Source of the DNA: Minisyncoccota bacterium
GTDB taxonomy: Bacteria; Patescibacteriota; Minisyncoccia; Phycocordibacterales; UBA9973
Direction of reading: 5' to 3'
DNA: 53,478 nucleotides
NCBI GenBank assembly: GCA_041659785.1
Contig: JBAZXO010000002.1
Location: forward strand, 1-53,478
The position numbers and the translations under genes are program-made. Of the stretch, positions 19,221 through 27,772 are shown piece by piece. Under the pieces are notes generated by a model that made no database searches, was not told where the DNA came from, and saw nothing but the letters and a program-made list of their open reading frames with translations. Each line of letters opens with the position of its first letter. Within the stretch, counting starts at the first letter, position 1.

Positions 19221-21647
19221 TTACTTCACTTCTCCTAAATTATCTCCAGAACCAGAATGCACCAAAAGAGGAATATCATCTTTATAATGTAAATATGATC
19301 TAAAAAGAGCATCTTCCATAGCGTTTTTTATTATTTTGTCAGCTTTTTCTAATATTTTTTCTTCAGTTTCGTAAACTAATTCATCGTGGATTTGGAGCAC
19401 TAAATGAACCTTATCTAATAGTCCTGCTTTTTTTAAATCCTCTTCTGTATATCTTATGGCTAGTTTTATAATATCAGCAGCCGTACCTTGGAGAGAGGCA
19501 TTTGTTGCTGTACGTTCAGCCATATTTTTAAGAAATGGAATTCTAGAATTAATATTAGGGAAATATCGCCTACGGCCAAACAATGTTTCTGTGTAAGAAT
19601 TTTTCTTGGCAAATTCTTTAACACTTTCTAAATAATCTCTGACACCAGAAAATTGATTAAAATAATTATCATAAAATTTTTGAGCTTCCTCACGAGTGCC
19701 TCCGAGATTTTTCCGCAAAGCAGATACTCCCATACCATAAATAATACCGAAGTTTATCACCTTGGCCTTGCGACGCATCTCACTATCTACTTTTTCTATA
19801 GGAACACCAAAGACAAACGAGGCTACCCCAGCATGAGCATCTTTTCTATCACGGAATATCTGAGTCATCTTTTTGTCTTTGGACAACATGGCGGCTACTC
19901 GCAATTCAATTTGGCTGTAATCAAAAGCTGCGAGCTTATAACCTTTTGGAGCTACAAAACCATCTCGAATTTTTCTTCCTAGTTCTGTTTTTATTGGTAA
20001 ATTTTGTAAATTAGGATCTTGAGAAGAAAATCTACCCGTAGTCGTACCATTTTGCAAGAATTTAGCGTGCAGGCGTCCGTCTTCTCTTGCCATTTTAGGA
20101 ATTACATCAATGTAAGTTGAAAGCAACTTCTGTAATTCTCGATAAGCTAATATTTCTTTTATAATTGGATTATTTTCTTCTAATTCTTCTAGAACAGAAA
20201 CTTTAGTAGAAAAAGACCCACTAGCATTTTTCTTTTTTCCACTTCTCATCCCCATTTTACCAAAAAGAACTTCTCCCAATTGTTTAGGGGAATTGATATT
20301 AAATTCCACTCCGGCCTGTTCGTATATTTTTTTAGTTAATTTGTCTAACTCTATATGGTATTCTTTTGATAATTTTTCAAAATACTTTTTATCTATTAAA
20401 ATTCCATGATCTTCCATCTCTTTCACTACAGAAATAATGGGCTTTTCTATTTCTTCATATATTTTATCAAGTTTTTGTTCTTTTAATTTTTTAAAAATGT
20501 ATTCATAAGCTACATCAAAAGAGTCTGTATTAGCAAATATCAAAATGTCTTCTAGTTGAGGGTTTGATATATCGGAATTAATTAACCACAAAGCAATACT
20601 AGCTTCTTGTAGTTTTTCAGGGGAAATTTGAGAAAGCAAAGTTTTCTCGGGTCCTCGGTTCTCTGGGTCCCCTACCCCAGCCAGACCAGCTCCAAAACTT
20701 TCTTTCTCAAATTTCCCCTTCTCATTATTTCCAAAGAAATTTTTTAACCGCCCAAACAAACTACGAAACTCAAATTTCACAAAAACCTGCTCTATTTTTT
20801 TTAAATCCGCATTCTCCCAAAAAGTTTTTTCAGGCATTTCAAAATTTATTGGCGCATCAGTTCGTATAGTCGCTAAAGTTTTAGAGAACAAAGCTTCTTC
20901 CTCGTTATTTTTTAATAACTCAATCATTCTAGGGCTTATGCCAGCTTTCGAAAAAGCCCCTTCATCCTTTTTAATTTTTTTATATATTTCTTCTATTGTT
21001 CCAAAATTTACAATTAATATTTCAGCAGTTTTTTCCCCTATTCCCTTGATACCGATAATATTATCTGAGGGATCACCACGTAAACCTTTATAATCTGGTA
21101 AAAATTTTGGTTTAAAATGAAATCTTTTAACGACAGCATCTTCATCATATAAAATGGTGTCATTGATTCCTTTTTTTAATGTATAAACTCGCACTTTTTT
21201 ATCATCCACTAATTGCATCGTATCCATATCTCCTGACGCAATGATAATATTTAAATTTTTATCTTTCTTGAATTTTTCGACAATTGTTCCCAAAACGTCG
21301 TCAGCTTCGAAGCCTTTCGCATCATAAATGGGGATATTAAAACCTTCAAAAATCTGCCGAGAATTTTTCAGCTGCACGATAAGAGCATCTTCAGTTTTTG
21401 CCCGTCCAGCTTTATATCCCTCATAGGCATCATGCCTAAAAGTTTTGTGGGGCAAATCATAACAGGCAACGATATAGTCTGGCTTTAATTCAGTAATTAT
21501 TTTCATTAGCATACTCGAAAGTCCGTAGAGGGCGCCCGTAGGTTCACCCGAAGATGACAAAAACTCAGGCAAAGCATGATATGCACGATGAATGATGGCG
21601 TGGGAATCTAATAATACTAATGTTTTTTTATTCTCTTCTTTTGGCAT
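19221..21647 (-). CDS. polA: DNA polymerase I
   Basis: LVLLDSHAIIHRAYHA 5'-nuclease, GDPSDNIIGIKGIG, FNINSPKQL, TGRFSSQDPNLQN, DYSQIELR, QIHDEL; start moved to ATG 21647. Confidence 0.97.
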   Translation of the reverse strand: MPKEENKKTLVLLDSHAIIHRAYHALPEFLSSSGEPTGALYGLSSMLMKIITELKPDYIVACYDLPHKTFRHDAYEGYKAGRAKTEDALIVQLKNSRQIFEGFNIPIYDAKGFEADDVLGTIVEKFKKDKNLNIIIASGDMDTMQLVDDKKVRVYTLKKGINDTILYDEDAVVKRFHFKPKFLPDYKGLRGDPSDNIIGIKGIGEKTAEILIVNFGTIEEIYKKIKKDEGAFSKAGISPRMIELLKNNEEEALFSKTLATIRTDAPINFEMPEKTFWENADLKKIEQVFVKFEFRSLFGRLKNFFGNNEKGKFEKESFGAGLAGVGDPENRGPEKTLLSQISPEKLQEASIALWLINSDISNPQLEDILIFANTDSFDVAYEYIFKKLKEQKLDKIYEEIEKPIISVVKEMEDHGILIDKKYFEKLSKEYHIELDKLTKKIYEQAGVEFNINSPKQLGEVLFGKMGMRSGKKKNASGSFSTKVSVLEELEENNPIIKEILAYRELQKLLSTYIDVIPKMAREDGRLHAKFLQNGTTTGRFSSQDPNLQNLPIKTELGRKIRDGFVAPKGYKLAAFDYSQIELRVAAMLSKDKKMTQIFRDRKDAHAGVASFVFGVPIEKVDSEMRRKAKVINFGIIYGMGVSALRKNLGGTREEAQKFYDNYFNQFSGVRDYLESVKEFAKKNSYTETLFGRRRYFPNINSRIPFLKNMAERTATNASLQGTAADIIKLAIRYTEEDLKKAGLLDKVHLVLQIHDELVYETEEKILEKADKIIKNAMEDALFRSYLHYKDDIPLLVHSGSGDNLGEVK

Positions 21648-21684
21648 TGTATAAATTATACCATTTAAGATATACTTTAAGATA

Positions 21685-23382
21685 ATGGCTTTATTTGATG
21701 AAGAAAAACAAAATAGACAATTGGATGATTTGCACAAACAAGAAGAAGAGCAGTTAGTGGCAACGCTAGCAGAATCAAAATATGGCATACCTTATATTGA
21801 TCTTTATCGATTAGGGATAGACAACGAGGCGCTTCGTGCAATATCTGAAAAAGATTCCAGGGAACTAAATGTAGCTCCTTTTAAGCTTTTTGGAAAAAAT
21901 ATTTTTATTGCATTACGTTCTCCTTCAGACGAACTTATAAAAAGACTAAAAGACGATATGGAAAGAAAAAATCTAATTCCAACTTTTTATATGGCATCTT
22001 CAGGAAGCATAAATAAGGTCTGGGAAAGATATAAAGAAATTTCAATGGCAGAAAGCTCTACTATCGGGGGTTTGGATATTTCTGGAGAAGTTCTCAGGGA
22101 AACAGCAGCAAAAATACAAAAAATGAAAGATATTGAAATAATGATCACTGATGCCTTGAAAGAAAATAAAATCCATAAAATTTCTCGTATGCTCGAAATA
22201 ATATTAGCTGGTGCTATCGCCATCAAAGCGTCTGATATTCATATTGAACCCGAGGAAGACAGAGGAAGGCTCAGGCTTAGACTAGATGGAGTTCTCATTG
22301 ATGTATTATTCTTCGGCTTAGATGTCTATCGTTTACTTAATTCACGAATAAAACTTCTCTCTGGAATGAAATTGACATCAAAGATAGCTCAAGACGGACG
22401 TTTTAGTATTACAGAAGGCAAAGAAGAAATAAGTATTCGTTCTTCTCTCATCCCTGGAACTTATGGTGAATCGATAGTCATGAGAATATTGGATCCAAAA
22501 TCAATTCAAGTACCACTTGAAGAGCTCGGAATCGAACCTTTCCTTTTTTCAGTCATTCAAAAAGAAATATCAAAACCAAATGGATTAATTTTAGTTACTG
22601 GTCCTACAGGCTCCGGAAAAACCACGACCCTTTATGCGTTCTTAAAAAGAATTTACTCTCCCGAAATAAAAATAATAACAATTGAAGATCCGGTAGAATA
22701 TCATTTGGTAGGTATTACTCAAACACAAACTGACATGAAAAAGGGTTACACCTTTGCAGAAGGTTTGCGCTCAGCCTTACGCCAAGACCCAGATGTGGTG
22801 ATGGTCGGAGAAATTCGTGACAATGAAACAGCAGAAATAGCTGTGCAATCAGCGCTCACAGGACACATCGTCTTTTCAACTCTGCACACGAACAACGCAG
22901 CAGGTGTCATCCCCCGCTTAATCGACCTTGGTGTTAATCCCAAAATTTTAGTTTCAGCATTATCTCTCTCTATTGCACAACGTTTGGTGCGTAAACTTTG
23001 CCAGTTCTGTAAAAAGGAAAAAGCTCCAAGCAAAGAAGAGGAAGAAACTATAAAATTAGTTCTAGCAAGTATAAAAGATGAGGGGAAAAGTCTTTCAAAC
23101 TATAATATAAAAGAAGACGCGCCTATAAAACTTTTTACTACTGTAGGCTGTGATAAATGCAACATGACTGGATTTAAAGGCAGAATAGGAATATTCGAAG
23201 CAATTAAAACAGATGATGCTATTGAAAAAATAATGCCAGAAAATCCAAGCGAGCATGAAATTAAAAAAGTAGCGCGGGCACAAGGAATACTTTCAATGCG
23301 CCAAGATGGTCTTGTAAAAATGTTAAATGGAATTACCTCTTTTGAAGAAGTACAGAGTGTCGTTGATCTAAATGAGGAATAG
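21685..23382 (+). CDS. pilB: GspE/PilB family type IV pilus assembly ATPase
   Basis: ASDIHIEP, QDGRF, GPTGSGKTT, TIEDPVEY, LRQDPDVVMVGEIRD, CQFC/CDKC. Confidence 0.88.
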   Translation: MALFDEEKQNRQLDDLHKQEEEQLVATLAESKYGIPYIDLYRLGIDNEALRAISEKDSRELNVAPFKLFGKNIFIALRSPSDELIKRLKDDMERKNLIPTFYMASSGSINKVWERYKEISMAESSTIGGLDISGEVLRETAAKIQKMKDIEIMITDALKENKIHKISRMLEIILAGAIAIKASDIHIEPEEDRGRLRLRLDGVLIDVLFFGLDVYRLLNSRIKLLSGMKLTSKIAQDGRFSITEGKEEISIRSSLIPGTYGESIVMRILDPKSIQVPLEELGIEPFLFSVIQKEISKPNGLILVTGPTGSGKTTTLYAFLKRIYSPEIKIITIEDPVEYHLVGITQTQTDMKKGYTFAEGLRSALRQDPDVVMVGEIRDNETAEIAVQSALTGHIVFSTLHTNNAAGVIPRLIDLGVNPKILVSALSLSIAQRLVRKLCQFCKKEKAPSKEEEETIKLVLASIKDEGKSLSNYNIKEDAPIKLFTTVGCDKCNMTGFKGRIGIFEAIKTDDAIEKIMPENPSEHEIKKVARAQGILSMRQDGLVKMLNGITSFEEVQSVVDLNEE

Positions 23383-23383
23383 A

Positions 23384-23535
23384 AAAAGCATTAATCTCTA
23401 AACAATCCTTTCGGAGCTGGGCCCCAAAAGTAACAAAGTATTATAGGATGGTTCCAGTGGACTAATAAAAGTAACCAAAACGTCCTATGCAAATTCGTAT
23501 AACCTGTGGCTGATTGCTTAGAGATTAATGCCTTC
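23384..23535. ncRNA. Candidate structured ncRNA (long closing stem, central bubble, apical stem)
   Basis: 20-bp stem 23388-23407/23512-23531; inner stem 23443-23450/23481-23488; TCC-GAAA-GGA hairpin on - strand; strand not settled. Confidence 0.45.
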
Positions 23536-23612
23536 TTGTCCCGCCTTTGGCGGTGGCTTTAATAATCTCTTAAAACTATTATACTATATAAGGCGAACAA
23601 CAAATGCTATAA

Positions 23613-23644
23613 TGTTGATAGCTATGTTGATACCCTGTTGATAA
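23613..23644. promoter_or_regulatory. Three DnaA-box-like repeats upstream of ruvB
   Basis: TGTTGATA at 23613, 23625 and 23636; overlaps TG-C-TATAAT at 23605-23613. Confidence 0.45.
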
Positions 23645-23672
23645 ATGTACTATTTTTATAATATAGCATATA

Positions 23673-24719
23673 ATGAAACCAATGTCAAGTAAAAAAGCTA
23701 AAGAAATAGACAATACCGATATTAAAAAAACAGAGAGCTCTGATGACTCTTTCTTGGATCAAACACTCCGCCCTACCCACTGGGATGAATATATTGGCCA
23801 AAAGCACATAAAAGATAATGTAAAAATTTTATTAAAGGCCGCAGAAGGACGCGGACATATTCCTGAACACATACTTTTCTATGGACCACCAGGATTAGGT
23901 AAAACAACTCTCGCGCACTTGATTGCAAAAGAAACTGGCCGACAAATGAAAATTACTTCTGGGCCGGCAATAGAAAAAGTCGGAGACCTCGCATCTATTC
24001 TTACAAACTTAGCTGCGGGTGACATTCTTTTTATAGATGAAATTCATAGACTTAATAAAATGGTTGAGGAAATACTTTATCCTGCGATGGAGTCTGGCGT
24101 TTTAGATATTATTATCGGCAAAGGTCCGTCCGCACGAACGATTCAGCTCGACTTACCACCTTTTACTTTAATTGCCGCCACCACTCGCGTAGCAATGGTA
24201 TCTTCCCCATTACGTTCTCGTTTCTCGGGTGGAGTTTTTCGATTAGAATTTTATTCAAACGAAGAAATTGCAAAAATTATAGAAAGATCTAGTAAACTTT
24301 TAAAAATAAAATTAGAAGAAGAAGCATTGAAAGAGATTGCGGAGCGAAGTCGCTTCACCCCTCGTACAGCAAACTACTTTTTAAAACGTTGTCGAGATTT
24401 TGCTCAAGTACACAAAAAAGATTTAGATAAAAAAACAGTCAAAGAAGCCTTAAACATGCTTGCAATTGATAACATTGGCCTAAACTCTTCCGACAGAAAA
24501 TTCTTAGAAATATTAATTGAAAAATTCAAAGGTGGCCCCGTAGGATTAAAAACTATTGGTGCTGCAATGTCCGAAGAAGAAGCCACTGTAGAAGAAGTAA
24601 TAGAGCCATATTTAATACAGCTTGGTCTCCTTGAACGTACGGCTCGCGGAAGAGTAGCCACGACTAAAGCATATGAGCATCTTAAAATTAGTTATAAAGT
24701 AGAAAGTGAAAAGTTGTAA
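23673..24719 (+). CDS. ruvB: Holliday junction branch-migration helicase RuvB
   Basis: LRP, GPPGLGKTTLA, TSGP, FIDEIHR, LRSRF, EPYLIQ.G...RTARGR. Confidence 0.97.
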   Translation: MKPMSSKKAKEIDNTDIKKTESSDDSFLDQTLRPTHWDEYIGQKHIKDNVKILLKAAEGRGHIPEHILFYGPPGLGKTTLAHLIAKETGRQMKITSGPAIEKVGDLASILTNLAAGDILFIDEIHRLNKMVEEILYPAMESGVLDIIIGKGPSARTIQLDLPPFTLIAATTRVAMVSSPLRSRFSGGVFRLEFYSNEEIAKIIERSSKLLKIKLEEEALKEIAERSRFTPRTANYFLKRCRDFAQVHKKDLDKKTVKEALNMLAIDNIGLNSSDRKFLEILIEKFKGGPVGLKTIGAAMSEEEATVEEVIEPYLIQLGLLERTARGRVATTKAYEHLKISYKVESEKL

Positions 24720-24786
24720 AGTAAATGCAAAATAAAAAATTTAATATATAATCTTTATAACTTTATGAACCTTATAACTTTCAACT
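24690..24786 (+). repeat. 8/9-nt repeat element, both arms, no cargo (ruvB-yebC)
   Basis: AAGT-type arm 24690-24722 overlaps ruvB end; ACTT-type arm 24753-24786 before yebC ATG. Confidence 0.8.
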
Positions 24787-24792
24787 AAACTT

Positions 24793-25329
24793 ATGTCAGG
24801 ACATAATAAGTGGGCACAAATAAAACACAAGAAAGCAATTACTGACTCAAAGAAAAGTAAGATTTTTTCTAAACTTGTACGTTTTATTTCTGTAGAAGCA
24901 AAACTCTCAGGGGGCAAAGAATCTCCCGGACTTCGTGCCGCCATAGAAAAAGCAAGAAAAGTAAATATGCCGGGAGATGTAATAGAAAGAGCTATTAAAA
25001 AAGGAAGTGAGCCATCTTCACATATGGATATGATAACTTATGAAGCGCACGGCCCAGGTGGAGCAGGAATTATTATCGAAACTCTGACAGATAGCAAAAA
25101 CAGGACTGCTCAAGACATAAAACACATTCTTACAAAAAATGGTTTCGCCTTAGGGGCTATTGGCTCTGCATCTTGGGCATTTAGAAAAGAAAAAACCCCC
25201 GAAGGACTTGTTTGGATACCAAATAGCTCTGTTCCCCTTTCTGATGAAGACCTAGAACTACTAGATAAACTAATAGAAGATATCGAAGAAAACGACGACG
25301 TGCAGGATGTTTATACTAATGCGGAATAA
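24793..25329 (+). CDS. yebC: YebC/PmpR family protein (short form)
   Basis: MSGHNKWAQIKHKK, TYEAHGPGG, DDVQDVYTN. Confidence 0.95.
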   Translation: MSGHNKWAQIKHKKAITDSKKSKIFSKLVRFISVEAKLSGGKESPGLRAAIEKARKVNMPGDVIERAIKKGSEPSSHMDMITYEAHGPGGAGIIIETLTDSKNRTAQDIKHILTKNGFALGAIGSASWAFRKEKTPEGLVWIPNSSVPLSDEDLELLDKLIEDIEENDDVQDVYTNAE

Positions 25330-25788
25330 ATAGGCAAAAGAAAAAGCCACCAGTGTTTTTCTTATAAATAAAAAAATCTTAATGACTTCAGATAGGTGGG
25401 GGAGGCCTCTCAAAACCTCCCCCTGTCTCTTCTCTTTTTTTCCTTTTCCCTGGCCCTTTTGGAGGCCGTACCTAAGTGCCGCTACGGCTCCCAAGAACAC
25501 CGGTGAATTTTTTCATGAATCCTCCAGAATAACTTGAAGCTTAGCTTCAAGTTGATTATGAGGCCACGCGGAAAGTTGCCGTGGTTGCTCAAAAATTAAA
25601 AAATAAAGAACGAAGTAAATTGATGCAAACAAAAGGGCAGCGGGAGGAGATTGGTTGTCCCCTCCCTGACACAACCCTACCGGAAAACCCTCCGGCCAAA
25701 CACATACAAAGGACTGTGCTTTCTTTAAAATACTACTTCTGCCATGAATGTCAATTAAAATATCCACACACTATGTTAAACTTATATC

Positions 25789-26268
25789 ATGAGAATTTTA
25801 GGAATAGATCCAGGATATGAACGCCTCGGTGTCGCCATATTAGAAAAAAATAGGGGGGATAAAAAAGAAACTGTAATTTTTTCAGAATGTTTTAAAACTT
25901 CCGCTAAATTAGAATTTAATGAACGATTACTTTTAATCGGTGAAGAAGTAAAAAAAATAATAAAAAAATACAAACCAGAAGTTCTTTCGATAGAAACTTT
26001 GTTTTTAACTACCAACCACAAAACAGTCATGCACGTAGCTGAAGCACGTGGTGTGGTAATTTATGAAGCCACAGCCGCTCGACTTAAAATATTTGAAGCC
26101 TCCCCTCCCCAAATAAAAATAGCCACGACCGGTTATGGCAAAGCGAACAAAGAACAAATAATAAAAATGGTAAAAATATTAGTTGATATAGACCCCGCAA
26201 AAAAATCTGACGATGAATTAGACGCTATTGCTATCGCTATTACAGCCTTGGCGCATATGAGAAATTAA
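25789..26268 (+). CDS. ruvC: Holliday junction resolvase RuvC
   Basis: ILGIDPG, SIETLF, EARGV, DDELDAIAIA. Confidence 0.95.
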   Translation: MRILGIDPGYERLGVAILEKNRGDKKETVIFSECFKTSAKLEFNERLLLIGEEVKKIIKKYKPEVLSIETLFLTTNHKTVMHVAEARGVVIYEATAARLKIFEASPPQIKIATTGYGKANKEQIIKMVKILVDIDPAKKSDDELDAIAIAITALAHMRN

Positions 26269-26290
26269 AAGCTCGCTCGCCTTATGCGAG

Positions 26291-26299
26291 TTATCCACA
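26291..26299 (+). promoter_or_regulatory. Perfect DnaA box
   Basis: TTATCCACA. Confidence 0.5.
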
Positions 26300-26397
26300 T
26301 TTGCTATTGCCAATGCTTTCATATTTTGTTACAAAAGAGGAAATTAAAGGATATTTGTTTTTGGTCGCTTATTAAAAATAAAAAATATAATAAAAAT

Positions 26398-26526
26398 ATG
26401 CGTGACGAGGATGAGGAGATAGATGAAGGAGGTTTTAAAATGGATCTAGATGATGATCTGGATCTTCCTCCCGAAGATATGACCGACTTCGGCTTAGACG
26501 AAGAAGACCCAGATAGAGATAGTTAA
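26398..26526 (+). CDS. Small hyper-acidic protein (42 aa)
   Basis: MRDEDEEIDEGGFKMDLDDDLDLPPEDMTDFGLDEEDPDRDS; 21 of 42 residues D/E; followed by a terminator. Confidence 0.7.
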   Translation: MRDEDEEIDEGGFKMDLDDDLDLPPEDMTDFGLDEEDPDRDS

Positions 26527-26534
26527 GAATAAAA

Positions 26535-26567
26535 TTAAAAAACCCACCAATATGGTGGGTTTTTTAA
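26535..26567. terminator. Bidirectional intrinsic terminator
   Basis: TTAAAAAACCCACCA-ata-TGGTGGGTTTTTTAA between convergent genes. Confidence 0.85.
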
Positions 26568-27734
26568 TTATTTTATTTTTATAAATTTATGTTTCCCAAT
26601 TTTATAAACATGACCTTTAGCAACCACCTCCTCTAAAATTAATTTTTTATTGTCAGTCATATCTTTAATCGCTCCTGCTTCAAACAAACGTCGAATTTCT
26701 CCTTTCGAATCAAACATTCTAGCTTTTAGAAGTATTGGGGTAAGCAACCCCTCTCCTTCTATTTCTTCTACTATTTCTGGAATTTCTTTCTTTTGAAAAG
26801 TATTTACGAAGTTTTCTTGCGCCTCTTTAGCCTTTTTCTCTCCGTGGTAAATCTTTACTATTTCATAAGCAAGGTGCATTTTTGCATCACGAGGATTCAT
26901 TTGGTTTATCTTGTTTACTTCATCCATGGGAACACGAGTACAAATCTCAAAAGCTGATGAAATCAAAGAATCGGGCCAACTCATAACTTTACCAAACATA
27001 TTCTCTCCACCGTCTTCCAAGGTAACCATATTACCTTCACTTTTCCCCATTTTTTTACCAGTAGGATCTACTAAAAGCTTAGTGGTTAAAACATATTTTT
27101 CTTTTCCTCGACTTTTCATCATCGTACGTCCAACAAGCATATTAAAGGTTTGGTCATTACCACCTATTTCCATATCCACATTCATGGCAACAGAATCATA
27201 TCCTTGCATAAGTGGATAAAAAAATTCATGTAAGTATACTGGTTGTCCTTCTTTTATTCTTCTTTCAAACATATCTCTTTCAATCATTTGCTGAAGAGTA
27301 AACTCTGAAGCAATTTCCATCACTTCTTCAAAGGAAAGTTTGGAGAGCCATTTGCTATTAAATTTAACTTGAACATTTTTGATATCCAAAATTTTACCGG
27401 CTTGTTTAGTATATGATTTTAAATTTTCTTTTATTTCTTTTGTCGAAAGTTGTTTTCTGGTTGCTGTTTTATCTGTAGGGTCACCTATCCTGCCCGTAAA
27501 ATCACCAATAAGTAAAATTACTTTATGTCCCAGGTCTTGTAGCTCTCTTAATTTAAGAAGAGTGGAACCATGACCAATATGAAGAGTGGGCCCAGTAGGA
27601 TCAATACCGTTATATACAGAAAGAACCTTGCCAGACTGAAGGACTTTCTTTAATTCTTCTTTAGAGGGGTAGATATTCTCTACGCCGCGTTCTAAAAAAT
27701 TATTTATTTTTTTCTCATCTGTTATCACTTTCAT
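26568..27734 (-). CDS. tyrS: Tyrosine--tRNA ligase
   Basis: GIDPTGPTLHIGH (HIGH), YPLMQGYD, GGNDQTFN, KKMGKS (KMSKS), C-terminal S4. Confidence 0.97.
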   Translation of the reverse strand: MKVITDEKKINNFLERGVENIYPSKEELKKVLQSGKVLSVYNGIDPTGPTLHIGHGSTLLKLRELQDLGHKVILLIGDFTGRIGDPTDKTATRKQLSTKEIKENLKSYTKQAGKILDIKNVQVKFNSKWLSKLSFEEVMEIASEFTLQQMIERDMFERRIKEGQPVYLHEFFYPLMQGYDSVAMNVDMEIGGNDQTFNMLVGRTMMKSRGKEKYVLTTKLLVDPTGKKMGKSEGNMVTLEDGGENMFGKVMSWPDSLISSAFEICTRVPMDEVNKINQMNPRDAKMHLAYEIVKIYHGEKKAKEAQENFVNTFQKKEIPEIVEEIEGEGLLTPILLKARMFDSKGEIRRLFEAGAIKDMTDNKKLILEEVVAKGHVYKIGKHKFIKIK

Positions 27735-27772
27735 GCTCGAATTATAACATATTTACTGATATAATTAGAACA
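27735..27772. promoter_or_regulatory. Back-to-back leaderless extended -10 promoters
   Basis: - strand TG-T-TATAAT 6 nt before tyrS ATG; + strand TG-A-TATAAT 7 nt before PBP ATG. Confidence 0.65.

Noticed and set aside
21648-21788. Cys-rich N-terminal extension of PolA, and similar extensions on rpsT, mutM, uvrA, rpmH, yidD and the pilin fusion
   Set aside because: ORF-caller artefacts overlapping neighbours; downstream ATGs match family N-termini and often the promoter spacing.
23384-25770. RNase P RNA, tmRNA or SRP RNA in the two structured intergenic regions
   Set aside because: Signature motifs (GAGGAAAGUCC, tRNA-like ends with T loop, SRP GGAA/AGCAG loop) were not found on either strand.
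25270-25820. Short ORFs 25270-25500, 25513-25767 and 25581-25820 as genes
   Set aside because: They overlap each other or yebC, have no recognisable motifs and cross hairpin-rich sequence; left uncalled.
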